A DNA stretch of 64,000 bases from Tepidisphaera sp. GTDB lineage: Bacteria > Planctomycetota > Phycisphaerae > Phycisphaerales > UBA1924. Both the position numbers and the translations under genes were made by a program. Shown piece by piece: positions 38,917 through 49,023 of the stretch. The stretch covers positions 736,001 to 800,000 of the forward strand of contig CP051526.1 of the NCBI GenBank assembly GCA_050916045.1. Reading direction: 5' to 3'. Under the pieces are notes generated by a model. The model made no database searches, was not told the origin of the DNA, and worked only from the letters and a program-made list of their open reading frames with translations. The stretch's first letter is position 1, and every line of letters begins with the position of its first letter.

Positions 38917-39064
38917 GGGCGCGTCTCCGACGCAAGGTGGGCTTTCGCCCGGGCCGGATCCTCCGGCCGCTTCCTTGGCGATCGGTTCCTTCGACCATCA
39001 CACGTCCGAAAGCCCAGTTCCGCCACCCCTCCCAAAACCCGTGCCGGTCAGGTCGACCGCGGCG

Positions 39065-40096
39065 TTATCGGGCCGCCCGGGGCCTCAGCATCGCCGTCAG
39101 CCGCACCGCGACCACCTCCAGCGTGCGCTCGGCATCGCCCAGCCCGGATTTGACCCCCGCATCGGCTTCGACCGCGAGCTTGAGCGCCCGGCGGGCGCCC
39201 GCGGGGCCGAGTTCGCGTGCTTTGGCCAAAAGCGCCCCCTGCGCCGGGCCCCAGAGGCGGAGGGCGGTCGCGATGTTCCGCTCGTTTTCGCCGGCTTTCA
39301 GGGCGTTCGAAGCCGCGTGGAGCTTGCGGGTGAGGTCCATGCACGCCCACCAGAGCAGGACCGGCGACTCGCGCATGACGTTGACGAGGTACCGCTGGCG
39401 CTCGATCGCTCCCTCCGTGTGGCCCATGATCAGCGTGCTCTGCCAGTCCCACGCCGATTCTTCGCGCGAACGGCCGACGACCTCGTTCACCATCGCGCCG
39501 GTGATCGTCACCGCTCCGCCCAGGCCCGCTTCCGAGACCGCCATCGCCGCGAGCTTGCCCAGCTCGCTGTCGATCCGGCCCAGGTCATCGCCGCAGCGCT
39601 CGATGAGCGTGCTCGCGGCATCTTCCTCGAGCGTCGCGCCGTGCCGCTTGCCGGCCCGCCGGATCGCCCACGTGCGAGCCATCGCTTCGCCGATATCCCC
39701 GCATTCGACCATGATCCCGACGGCGGCGATCTTGTCGTCGAGCTTGCCCTTGTACCACTTGGTCGCGCGGAGCACGAGCGTGGCGCCCTCGGTGGGCTGC
39801 TCGGCGTAGCGCTCGACGAGGGGGCGGTTGTCCTCCTTCACGAGCTCTTCGGCGGAATCGACGACGACCATCTTGTGCTGTTGCATGAGGCCGAAAGACC
39901 TGCACTCATCGAGGACATCGGCGAGCTTGTGCTCCTTGCCGTCAAAGTGGAGGACATCCAAAGCCCCGTGCGCGGTCTGAAGCTTGTCCTTGAGCTGCGT
40001 CGTGTACTCGGCCGCGAGAAAGGTGTTGGCCCCGTAAAGCAGGACCACCCGATGCTCGGGCCCGGGCGAACCGGAGGTTTTGGCGGCTTTGGCCAT
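39065..40096 (-). CDS. holA: DNA polymerase III subunit delta
   Basis: LLYG...FL, L.E.RSFGL....KMVVV, L.RI.SEL.KL, IT...V...V, AD...KSG. Confidence 0.82.
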   Translation of the reverse strand: MAKAAKTSGSPGPEHRVVLLYGANTFLAAEYTTQLKDKLQTAHGALDVLHFDGKEHKLADVLDECRSFGLMQQHKMVVVDSAEELVKEDNRPLVERYAEQPTEGATLVLRATKWYKGKLDDKIAAVGIMVECGDIGEAMARTWAIRRAGKRHGATLEEDAASTLIERCGDDLGRIDSELGKLAAMAVSEAGLGGAVTITGAMVNEVVGRSREESAWDWQSTLIMGHTEGAIERQRYLVNVMRESPVLLWWACMDLTRKLHAASNALKAGENERNIATALRLWGPAQGALLAKARELGPAGARRALKLAVEADAGVKSGLGDAERTLEVVAVRLTAMLRPRAAR

Positions 40097-40149
40097 ACGT
40101 GATGGTACCTGTGCCACGATCATCCCGCTTCGGGATGGTCGTGGAGGGC

Positions 40150-40674
40150 TCACGACTCCAGCACAAAGTCCGCCAGTTCGCACGCCAGGTACCGGTCCGT
40201 CTCTTCGCCCGTGCGAGACCCCGTGCACCGGAAGCCGCACTTCTCGAGGATCCGCCGCGATGCCGCGTTGTTCCGGTCCGCCGTCGCGTGGAGCGGCCGC
40301 CGGGGCTCAAGCTTGAGGAACTCGGCCAGAGCCGCCGACGCGATCCCTTTGCCCCAATGCGAGCGGGCGATCCAGTACCCGACGCAGTCGATCTCCGGCT
40401 CGCCGGGGACTTCCGACGCTTGGAAGCAGGCGATGCTGCCGACCAGCTCGCGGCCCGCGCCTCCCTCGGCGGGCATCTCGATGACAAACCCGTTCACGCG
40501 CGGATTGGCGAAGATCTTGTCCCACGTGGCGAAGAACGCTTCCCGCGTCCGCGGCTTGGTCCCGGCCATCGCGTTGGACGCCGGATCGGCCTGAAGCTCG
40601 AACATCCGGGGCAGGTCCTCGGGTGTGGTGCGACGGAGCGAGATCGCGGGTGCGGGGTGGGGGGCGGGCTTCAT
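40150..40674 (-). CDS. GNAT family N-acetyltransferase (RimJ/RimL-like)
   Basis: VGYWI...HWGKGIAS, N.ASRRILEKCGF. Confidence 0.9.
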   Translation of the reverse strand: MKPAPHPAPAISLRRTTPEDLPRMFELQADPASNAMAGTKPRTREAFFATWDKIFANPRVNGFVIEMPAEGGAGRELVGSIACFQASEVPGEPEIDCVGYWIARSHWGKGIASAALAEFLKLEPRRPLHATADRNNAASRRILEKCGFRCTGSRTGEETDRYLACELADFVLES

Positions 40675-40835
40675 GCGCGATCCTAGGAAAGAACGGAGAG
40701 AACGCGGAGCCACGGAGGCACACGGAGAAGGCAGCGGCGGAAGGTGGCGTGAAGAATCCCAAGCGGCCACGACCCGAGCGTTCGCTCGGGTCGTGGCCTC
40801 TGGGATTCCGGTGGTGAGACCAGCCTGAAGCCGAT

Positions 40836-41537
40836 CTAGCGGCGCCGCCCACGCGCGACCATCATGCTGGCGATGCCGATGATCGCGATCACGCCGGGGG
40901 CGGGTATTGTGCTCACGATCGTCATGTCGCGGAAGTAGGTGACGTCTTCAGTGAACGATGCGAAGACGATCTGCGAGCCGCTGAACTTGGGGCTGTACGC
41001 GATCTTGGCGACGATTCGGTCGTCGATGGCCGCGTAGGCGACGTCCTCGCGCACGCTGATGTGCACGCGGTGTTCACCATTCAACATCTTCTTCGCCTCG
41101 GCGTCGATGCGCACGATGTCGATGATGGCGTCGTACTCCCAGCGCGCGAAGATGACGCCGATCTCGGGATCCGAGTTCGCGGTGATGCCGATCCCGCTGT
41201 AGCCGGTCTCGGTCGAGTAACTTCCCCCGACGCCGAAGCCCCAGATGATGGACTTCTTGGCGTCGATGGTGACCGCGGCGTCAAACTGGGAGGGGCATCT
41301 CCTTGATGTCGCGCGTCACGACACCGAAGGGACTCATGCCCTTCTCGCTGAACGAGTACTTGGAATCCCAGGCCACCCAGCCTGGTCATCCCGCAACGGA
41401 TCCTTGACCACAAAGTCGGCTCGGGCGGTGCTCGGACCCCCGGAAGAGTCGTGGAACCCACCCGTGAAGGCCACGGATGCGACCCAACCCATCACTGCCT
41501 TGGCGGCAACGGTGTTGTAGAAATGACGGCGGAACAT
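40836..41537 (-). pseudogene. PEP-CTERM-like secreted protein interrupted by two compensating frameshifts
   Basis: N-terminus (MFRRHF..ARADFVVKDPLRDDQ) and C-terminus (SQFDAAVTID...IPAPGVIAIIGIASMMVARGRRR) share a frame; the ~90 nt between them reads GWVAWDSKYSFSEKGMSPFGVVTRDIKEMP only in a shifted frame. Confidence 0.65.
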
Positions 41538-41986
41538 GGCGGCACTCTCTCTGAAGCCTCGGGGTTCGCATTGGACCTCATCGGCTCCTGTCTGAATTGT
41601 GCCATGCAACAGCCCGCGTGCCATGGAAGCGGGGCGGAACATCGGCGATGACGCCCGAGGGTCCCGTGCGGAGAGAACACGCCTTGCAGACCGCACGCAC
41701 CACACGGTTCTCAGACGCACCCCGCCAGCGGCGAGCCCTCGACCGGCGGATTGGCACCGGTCATCGGGCTCCCTGTGATCTCTGGATGATCCCCGGACGC
41801 TGGTCAAGTGACCGGCAACGCAGCAACCATCCCAGGCCGTGGGGACGAGCCACCTATGGAACTCGACCGCCCTGTCAACGCCCGTGCTTCCGTCACGCCA
41901 GACACATGCCACCCCGGCAGCACGCCACCGCCATTCGCACAACCGCCACCCACCCGTCCGGCGACCGATCGGGGTACCCTTCGCGC

Positions 41987-43150
41987 ATGCCCAAGCCCTC
42001 CGCCTCCGCCCCCCACGCTCCCGGCCTCACCTACGCCTCTTCCGGCGTCGACATCCATGAGAAGGACTCCTTCACCGAGTCCCTCGCGTCCGTCATGAAG
42101 CGGACCTACGGGCCGCGGGTGATCCCCAACCCGGGCGGGTTCGCGGGGCTTTTCCGCTTGGACTACAAGAAGTCGCTTTTCGCCCGCAACTACAAGGACC
42201 CGGTCCTCGTCGCATGTGCCGACGGCGTGGGCACCAAGGTCAAGCTCGCGGCCGAACTGGGCATCTTCAACACCGTGGGCATCGACCTGGTCGCGATGAA
42301 CGTCAACGACCTGATCGTGCAGGGGGCCGAGCCCCTCTTCTTCCTCGACTACATCGCGGTCCCGACCGTCGACAAAGCCATGCTCGGGAGCATCATCGAG
42401 GGGATCGCCGAAGGGTGCAAGCAGTCCGGCTGTGCGCTGCTCGGCGGCGAGACCGCCAACATGCCCGATGTCTACGGCAAGGGCGATTTCGACCTCGCGG
42501 GCTTCTGCGTCGGCGTGGTCGAGCTCAAGCGGGCGATGAACCCCACTCGCGTCTCGCCCGGAGACGTTGTGCTCGGCTTGGCTTCGTCGGGGATCCACTC
42601 CAACGGCTACAGCCTCGTCCGCAAGGTCGTGAAACACGCAAACCTCGAACTCGGCCGCGTCTACGACGACGTCCTGCCTCTTCAGAGCCCGACGCGCAAG
42701 CGAGGGGGAACACGCACCGGCTCCCGAAACGGCAAAGCCGCTTCCCGCACGCCCACTCTCGGCGAAGTCCTCCTCACCCCGACCCGCATCTACGCGAACT
42801 CGATCGTGAAGCTCCAGAGCGGGTACAAGGTCAAGAACGTCATCTCCGGCATGGCCCACATCACCGGGTCGGGCCTCGCCGACAACCTCGTCCGCTCGAT
42901 CCCGCCCGGGTGCGACGCCGTCATCGACCGCTCGTCGTGGCCCGTCCCCCCGGTCTTCACGTTCCTTCAGAAGCACGGAGCGATCGACGACGCCGAGATG
43001 AAGCAGGTCTTCAACCTCGGCATCGGCTACTGCGTCATCGTCCGCCCGACCTTCGCCGCCGCCGTCAAGGAACACCTCGAAAAGCTCGGCGAGTCCGTTT
43101 ATGTCATCGGCGAGATCGTCAAGGGCAAGGGCCGCGTCCGCGAACGTTGA
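41987..43150 (+). CDS. purM: Phosphoribosylformylglycinamidine cyclo-ligase (AIR synthase)
   Basis: TY..SGVDI, DGVGTK, GIDLVAM.VND, GGETA.MP, SSG.HSNGYSL, LL.PTRIY, HITG.G, FN.GIG. Confidence 0.96.
   Translation: MPKPSASAPHAPGLTYASSGVDIHEKDSFTESLASVMKRTYGPRVIPNPGGFAGLFRLDYKKSLFARNYKDPVLVACADGVGTKVKLAAELGIFNTVGIDLVAMNVNDLIVQGAEPLFFLDYIAVPTVDKAMLGSIIEGIAEGCKQSGCALLGGETANMPDVYGKGDFDLAGFCVGVVELKRAMNPTRVSPGDVVLGLASSGIHSNGYSLVRKVVKHANLELGRVYDDVLPLQSPTRKRGGTRTGSRNGKAASRTPTLGEVLLTPTRIYANSIVKLQSGYKVKNVISGMAHITGSGLADNLVRSIPPGCDAVIDRSSWPVPPVFTFLQKHGAIDDAEMKQVFNLGIGYCVIVRPTFAAAVKEHLEKLGESVYVIGEIVKGKGRVRER
42685..42706 (+). repeat. REP-like motif, copy 3, in-frame inside purM (encodes SPTRKRG)
   Basis: GAGCCCGACGCGCAAGCGAGGG; 21/22 identical to 19321-19342. 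Confidence 0.7.
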
Positions 43151-43232
43151 GCAAGGGCTTCGGCGAGCAATCCAGCCTGTGGCAGGTGCGTTAGGCTCAT
43201 GCCGCTCCGCGGCGAACGCCGAAGGACCAACC

Positions 43233-44369
43233 ATGCGCCATTGCTCGATCTCCCAGCTCGTTTTTGCGCTCGTGCTCGCGACCTCCGCCGGCGTGGCTAC
43301 GGGCCAGCCCGCGTCGCCAACCGCTTTGCCGCCCGCTTCGTCACCCGCGACCGCGCCGGCCAAGCCAGCCGCGCCCCTCGAGGTTGATTTCGGACCTACC
43401 GACGCCCTCGCCGAGCAATGGGTGAAACAGGTCAAGCTGCCCGGCGCCGCTCTCTACGTCATGCACGACGGCAAGGTGCTCCACGAGCGGTTCTTCGGCG
43501 ACTACAACGCGAAGACCGTGATCCCCATCGCTTCCGCGAGCAAATGGCTTTCGGGCGCGGTCATCATGTCCCTCGTCGATGACAAGCTTCTCGATCTCGA
43601 CAAGCCCATCGGCGAGTACGTCCCCACGCTCCCCAACGACAAGAAGCCCATCACCCTCGCCCAGCTCTTCTCCCACACCTCCGGCCTGCCCAGCGACATC
43701 GACGGCGTGTCCACGTGGTTCGCAAGCACGGACGAGGTCTTCAAAGCCGCGGGCGAAGCCAAGCTCGACGCCGAGCCCGGTGCCGCGTTCCGATACGGCG
43801 GCGCATCGATGCAGCTCGCCGCCGCCATCGCGTGCAAGGTGACCGGCAAGACCTGGCACGACCTCTTCAAGGAGCGCATCGCCAAACCCTGCGAGATGAA
43901 CAACACGCAGTTCGGACGCCTCGGCGCCACCACCAACCCGCAGGTCGCCGGCGGCGCAAGCTCAACCCTCGGCGACTACGCCAACTTCCTCACGATGATC
44001 GCGAGCAAAGGCACGTTCAAGGGCAAGCGCGTCCTCAGCGAAGCGTCCGTCGCGGCCATGCTCAAAGACCGCACCAAGGACGCGAAGAAGAGCCGCGCTT
44101 CGCTCATGCGCATGCTCGACGGCAGCGGGTACGGCATCGGCAACTGGGTCGACGCCCGCGACTCCAAGGGCGACGCCACCGCGAACAGCTCCCCGGGAGC
44201 CTTCGGCTTCATCCCGTGGATCGACCAGGAACGCAAGGTCGTCGGAATCTGGATGATGTGCGACCGCGACCGGCAGCGACGCAAATCCGGCGGGAACCTC
44301 GAAAGCCCGCGCGATGTCGTCACCAAAGCCATCGATCAGGCGCTCGCGAAAGGATCCGCGAAACCCTGA
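43233..44369 (+). CDS. Serine hydrolase, beta-lactamase family
   Basis: Signal peptide, IASASK (SxxK), LFSHTSGL, PG..FRYG, YG.G.W. Confidence 0.9.
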   Translation: MRHCSISQLVFALVLATSAGVATGQPASPTALPPASSPATAPAKPAAPLEVDFGPTDALAEQWVKQVKLPGAALYVMHDGKVLHERFFGDYNAKTVIPIASASKWLSGAVIMSLVDDKLLDLDKPIGEYVPTLPNDKKPITLAQLFSHTSGLPSDIDGVSTWFASTDEVFKAAGEAKLDAEPGAAFRYGGASMQLAAAIACKVTGKTWHDLFKERIAKPCEMNNTQFGRLGATTNPQVAGGASSTLGDYANFLTMIASKGTFKGKRVLSEASVAAMLKDRTKDAKKSRASLMRMLDGSGYGIGNWVDARDSKGDATANSSPGAFGFIPWIDQERKVVGIWMMCDRDRQRRKSGGNLESPRDVVTKAIDQALAKGSAKP

Positions 44370-44371
44370 AC

Positions 44372-45454
44372 TTACTTCGCGGGTGCCGCGGGGGCGGTCG
44401 CCGCAGGGGAAGCGGGGGAGGTGGGGGCGGTGGGGGAGGGAACAGCCGGAGCCGCGGCCTTGTCCGCCGGTTTCTCGGATGCCGTCCGTTCCTCGACCGC
44501 TTTGGCGATCGCTTTCTCGCCCGCCGCGAAGTACCAGTCCTTCCACGCCCCGGTATTGAGGCGCATGCCGTCGGTCGGCTGCCCGCCCGCTCCGGCCATG
44601 GCCTTGTTCGAGAGGCGGACCAGCGACTGGTGGATCACCACCGGCGAGAAAGTGACAACGGCGTCGTTGATCACAAGCACCACGCCCGAGCTCACGACGC
44701 CCGGCACCGGGTTGAACGCGACGGCGTTGTCCGCCACGATCGGCTCAAGATCCGCGATGTACGCCTGCTGCTGCGCGATCGCGACCCACGCGAGCGGGCC
44801 GTTCCGCGGGCGACCGATCGGGCTGGTCGCGGGCGGGGCCGGAGCCTGCGCCTGGATCAGGAACGGGATCATCTCGTACAGATCAAGGCCCGCGACCGCA
44901 CGCGCACTCGCATCCGCGATCCGCTGCGTCTTGGAAGCGACTCCGCCTTGGAACACGGCGAGCATGCCCGAGGACGGCTTCTGCTTGAGGTCCTTGAGTC
45001 GCACGGCAAGGCCGTCGATGGCGGCCTGGTTCCACGCCGGGTCCTCGTTGCCGCAGGCGAGCCACGCGAGGCCGCGGTCGCCCTCATCGCTCGCCTGCGT
45101 GCGCAGGATCGTGACGATCGCTTCGCGCACATCCGCGCCTTTGTCTTCCTGAAAGACCTCGATTAGCGGCTGGACCATCCAAGGCTGGTTGTACTCGGCA
45201 AGCGTCTTGAGGCCGGCTTCGCGAGTGGGCTTGTGCTGAGCCCGGAAGTGCTTGGCGCGGAGCTTCTTGAGTTCTTTCTCGAGCGCAACCTGCTTCTTGC
45301 GGAGATCGCGGTACGGCTTGAGGCGAGGATCATCGGGGGAGATGATCTTGCCCTTCATCCATTCCGGAACAGGGGTGCCCGACTGAGCGGCGGCTTGGCC
45401 CGCGACACCGGCGAGGACAACGAGCACCAAAGCAAACCGGGAGCGGGTCATCAT
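44372..45454 (-). CDS. Secreted helical (HEAT-like) hypothetical protein
   Basis: Signal peptide; helical repeats; QQAYIADLEPIVA.NAVAF.P. Confidence 0.7.
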   Translation of the reverse strand: MMTRSRFALVLVVLAGVAGQAAAQSGTPVPEWMKGKIISPDDPRLKPYRDLRKKQVALEKELKKLRAKHFRAQHKPTREAGLKTLAEYNQPWMVQPLIEVFQEDKGADVREAIVTILRTQASDEGDRGLAWLACGNEDPAWNQAAIDGLAVRLKDLKQKPSSGMLAVFQGGVASKTQRIADASARAVAGLDLYEMIPFLIQAQAPAPPATSPIGRPRNGPLAWVAIAQQQAYIADLEPIVADNAVAFNPVPGVVSSGVVLVINDAVVTFSPVVIHQSLVRLSNKAMAGAGGQPTDGMRLNTGAWKDWYFAAGEKAIAKAVEERTASEKPADKAAAPAVPSPTAPTSPASPAATAPAAPAK

Positions 45455-45555
45455 GGGGGAATCTCCGAGAGCCGGGGGGCAGGGCTTCTTGGTCCTTTCG
45501 GCACTCCGCAGGGCCGGGTTCCGAGATTCGGACCGATCGCCCGTTCGTACGGTCT

Positions 45556-46419
45556 TTATTCGCCTGTCGCGACCATCACCATCGCGGTGGATTCGCCGGT
45601 GAGTTTCTGTTGGGCGGCCTGGGCTTCGGCCCGGGTCGCGAATCGGCCGATGCGCACGGCGTGGACGGTTCCGTTCTTGGAAGAGGTCTGGACGACGCGG
45701 GGAGCGGGGATGCCGGCGGCGGCGGCTTTCCCGGCGAGGCGGTCGGCCGCGGCTTTGGCTTTCTTCGGGTCGCTGAACGCGCCGACCTGGATGGTGAAGG
45801 AGCCCTTGACGGGCCCGGCTTCGGGCAGGGTGTTCTGCCGGGAGGTGATCTGGACCTTGAGGAGGGATTCGGTCGCGACGGCGGCGGCCTGGGCGTACAT
45901 CTCGCGAGATTCCGGGCCCTTTCCCACAGCCTGGAGCGAGTCGCCCGCGAACATCTTCGCTCGGGCCTGGTCGTTCCCGCTGAGCTTGTCCGAAGCGGAG
46001 GTCAGCAGGGTGACGGCTTCGGTGTGCTTGCCGCTCCGCTGGGCCATCATGCCAAGCGTGGCGGCTGCGGACCCTGCGATCGCGGCGTTTTCGCTGGTGA
46101 TCAGCGGCCGCAGCCAGCGCTGGGCTTCAGCTTCCTTGGGCGGCTGCATCGCGGCGACGGAAAGCCCCGCGGTGAGCGCGGCCCGTTCGCGGAGGACGCC
46201 CGTGGACTTGGCGTACGCCGAACTCGCGGCCTGATGGGCTTTGACGTAATCACCCTTGGTGTAGAGCAGCTCGTAGTCGGCCGCCGGGGTTTCGGTTCTC
46301 GTCCCGGAGGACGACTCGCATCCTGAGGACCAGAGCAGGGCTGGCCCGGCGAGCGCGGCGGTCAGGAGCACAAGAGCGGCGGGGCCAAGGCGAGCGGCGG
46401 GGCGGGTGGGCGTCGGCAT
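45556..46419 (-). CDS. SPOR domain lipoprotein with TPR-like region
   Basis: SGC lipobox; FTIQVGAFSD...A, VRIGRF.TR.EA. Confidence 0.85.
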   Translation of the reverse strand: MPTPTRPAARLGPAALVLLTAALAGPALLWSSGCESSSGTRTETPAADYELLYTKGDYVKAHQAASSAYAKSTGVLRERAALTAGLSVAAMQPPKEAEAQRWLRPLITSENAAIAGSAAATLGMMAQRSGKHTEAVTLLTSASDKLSGNDQARAKMFAGDSLQAVGKGPESREMYAQAAAVATESLLKVQITSRQNTLPEAGPVKGSFTIQVGAFSDPKKAKAAADRLAGKAAAAGIPAPRVVQTSSKNGTVHAVRIGRFATRAEAQAAQQKLTGESTAMVMVATGE

Positions 46420-46525
46420 GCGAAAGCTCCGGATCTGTGGCGCACCGGGCGTCGCCCGGCGATCGTCGGCTGTAGCATACCCGGCCTCCTTCCCGCGTTC
46501 GACGTCGCCACTCCGAGGAAACCGC

Positions 46526-48016
46526 GTGAGCGTTCACTGGCCCATCATCCGCCGCTGTCTCTTCCAGCCCCGCCGCATCGCCACGATCGACGATCGCGGC
46601 ACCCGCAAGGGGATCGAGCTTCTCGCCGGCGCCTTCTACCTCGCCGACTACCTCGCGGCCAAGTGCAAGTCCAAGACCGTGGGCGTCATGCTCCCCACCG
46701 GCGCCGGCACACCCGTCGCCGCTCTCGCCGCGTGGATCCTCGGCAAGACCGTCGTCCCGCTGAACTACCTCCTAAAGCCCGAAGAGCTTCAGTACGTGAT
46801 CGACGACTGTGGCACCGACACCGTCCTCACGGCCGGACCGATGCTCGAGTTCATGGGGTTCTCGCCGCGCGTCACCAACCTCGCCAAGATCGACGAGATG
46901 AAGTTCTCCGGCATGCCCGAGCCGCGCTGGCCCATTGGCGCGGATGATGAGGATCTCGCCGTTCTCCTCTACACCTCCGGCACCAGCGGCAAGCCCAAGG
47001 GCGTGATGCTCACGCACGGCAACATCTCCGCCAACATCCGCCAGGTCGTCGAGCACGCCCACTTTACCACCGACGATGTCATGCTCGGGGTTCTTCCCCA
47101 GTTTCATAGCTTCGGCCTGACCGTGCTGACGCTCCTACCCCTGACGCTGGGCATCCGCGCGGTCTACACCGCACGGTTCATCCCTCAGAAGATCGTCAAG
47201 TTGTTCCGTGAGCACCGCCCCACGATCTTTGTCGCGATCCCCTCGATGTACGGCGCGCTGCTGGCGGCCAAGGACGCGACCGCGGAGGACTTTGCGAGCT
47301 TGCGCTACACCGTGTCCGGCGGCGAACCCCTCAGCGACGCGGTGGCGACACGCTTCTACGAGCGGTTCGGCGTGCGGATCAACGAGGGGTATGGCCTGAC
47401 CGAGACCTCGCCGGTGACGAACATCTGCCTGCCCAGCGAGTACAGGCCGCATTCGGTGGGGCGTGCTTTGCCGGAGCTTGAGCAGCGGATCATCGACCTC
47501 AACACGGGCGCGAGGCTGCCCTATGAGCACGAGGGCGAGATCTGGATGCGCGGGCCGAATGTCATGCGGGGCTACTACGGCCTTGCGGAGGAAACCGCCA
47601 AAGCCCTCACGCCGGACGGGTTTCTTCGCACTGGTGACATCGGCAAGCAGGACGCGGACGGCTTTCTGTACATCACGGGCCGCTTGAAGGAGATGCTCAT
47701 CGTCGGCGGCGAGAACGTCTTCCCACGCGAGATCGAGGAAGTGCTCAATCAGCACCCGAGCATCCACGCTTCGGGCGTGGTGGGGATCAAGGATCCGATC
47801 AGAGGCGAACTGCCGATGGCGTTCATCGAGCTCCGCGAGGGGCAGACGTTCGACAAAGCGTCGATCCAGGCCCACTGCCGAGCCAGCCTCGCGGGGTACA
47901 AGGTGCCGGGCGACATCCGCGTGCTCGAAGCTCTGCCGAGGAACCCCACAGGGAAGATCATGCGGCGTGAATTGGTGAAGATGCTGGCTGCACCTGATGC
48001 TGCGGCCAAGGGCTGA
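46526..48016 (+). CDS. AMP-binding enzyme (long-chain acyl-CoA/ACP synthetase, Aas C-terminal-like)
   Basis: YTSGTSGKPKGV, EGYGLTE, RTGD.G, GR.KE, P.NPTGK; GTG start. Confidence 0.92.
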   Translation: MSVHWPIIRRCLFQPRRIATIDDRGTRKGIELLAGAFYLADYLAAKCKSKTVGVMLPTGAGTPVAALAAWILGKTVVPLNYLLKPEELQYVIDDCGTDTVLTAGPMLEFMGFSPRVTNLAKIDEMKFSGMPEPRWPIGADDEDLAVLLYTSGTSGKPKGVMLTHGNISANIRQVVEHAHFTTDDVMLGVLPQFHSFGLTVLTLLPLTLGIRAVYTARFIPQKIVKLFREHRPTIFVAIPSMYGALLAAKDATAEDFASLRYTVSGGEPLSDAVATRFYERFGVRINEGYGLTETSPVTNICLPSEYRPHSVGRALPELEQRIIDLNTGARLPYEHEGEIWMRGPNVMRGYYGLAEETAKALTPDGFLRTGDIGKQDADGFLYITGRLKEMLIVGGENVFPREIEEVLNQHPSIHASGVVGIKDPIRGELPMAFIELREGQTFDKASIQAHCRASLAGYKVPGDIRVLEALPRNPTGKIMRRELVKMLAAPDAAAKG

Positions 48017-48172
48017 CGGACGGTCGCGTGGTGGCGGGGGGGCGAGATGGACAGCATGCCGGGACGGTGACATCGGAGGGCCATCCACCGATCGCCGGAG
48101 GAGCCGGAGATCGGTGGCACGGAGCGGATTAGACGACCGGTTCCACCCGCCGGACTAAATCTGTGTCACGAC

Positions 48173-48724
48173 TCAGCGCCTTTCGCCGGAAACTCCCATA
48201 ATCATGGGCCACGCAATTCCACACTCGGGACATAATTCCGGGCCGATGTCGAGGCTCTCCGGTATGGTGACGTGAATCGCGGGCCCGACACCGTGCAGGC
48301 AGTAGCCGCATGACTTGCATTCTCTATTCGTTATCGCCACGTCGCTTTGTCGAGGCGTGTTCCGGCTCTCAAGGAAGATAAACCACGACCACGCGATGAC
48401 GAAGGGTACGAGGCTGATGAGGATCACCAGCACACCGATCACGTGCACATACAACACACTCATTGCCGCGAGAGGTATCAGCAATGTCGTGGCTATAGCG
48501 AGTCCGAGGCTCGGCCAATAGAGCCACGCGCTCACCTTTCGTCGGGGTGAAATCACGACTGTCGTGGTACCCACCTGATTGATAGCTCTTAGGATCTCAA
48601 GCTTTGTCGTATTACTTACAGGACGTCCGGTCTCGAACGGGTTTCGCGGCGCCACCGCTCGCCGCGTCGGCGTTCGGTGTGGAGGAACCTCGGGCTCAGG
48701 GTCATTCGCTGGCTGGAGCATCAC
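48173..48724 (-). CDS. Hypothetical membrane protein with C-terminal zinc ribbon
   Basis: Two TM helices, CKSCGY...CPECG; visibly lower GC than flanking genes. Confidence 0.6.
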   Translation of the reverse strand: MMLQPANDPEPEVPPHRTPTRRAVAPRNPFETGRPVSNTTKLEILRAINQVGTTTVVISPRRKVSAWLYWPSLGLAIATTLLIPLAAMSVLYVHVIGVLVILISLVPFVIAWSWFIFLESRNTPRQSDVAITNRECKSCGYCLHGVGPAIHVTIPESLDIGPELCPECGIAWPMIMGVSGERR

Positions 48725-48906
48725 GTCATTTCAAAGGCCCACGCGGTCTCCCGGAGACACATCGGTTTCGAGTGCCGGAGTGAGGGTCACGCGACCAGTA
48801 TACGGAAGCTAAGAGGACGCGAGTCTTGGCCGTTTGGAAGACCGTTCGTCGATCACCAAAGTGGCGATCGATGGCACGGGAAGCTGCTCTCAATGGGAAG
48901 CCACTT

Positions 48907-49023
48907 GCTGTGCCACTGAGATCGAGCGCTTCGGGCGATCTCAGTGGTTGGGCTTGCTTGAAACTGACGCCTGACGTGTCTTGCACTGACTTGGTCCGAA
49001 GCGGACCAAGTCAGTGGCACAGC
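48907..49023. promoter_or_regulatory. Nested inverted-repeat element (two hairpins plus an alternative long-range pairing)
   Basis: 12-bp stem 48913-48924/48936-48947; 15-bp stem 48984-48998/49002-49016; 13-bp pairing 48907-48919/49011-49023. Confidence 0.55.

Noticed and set aside
41386..41388. TGA recoding (Sec/Trp) in the interrupted PEP-CTERM gene
   Set aside because: Sequence upstream of this TGA in that frame is not protein-like, a frameshift pair explains the data better, and TGA is used as a normal stop throughout the window.
41538..41986. Purine-related riboswitch upstream of purM
   Set aside because: No recognisable purine, ZTP or PRPP aptamer consensus by eye; an Rfam scan would be needed.
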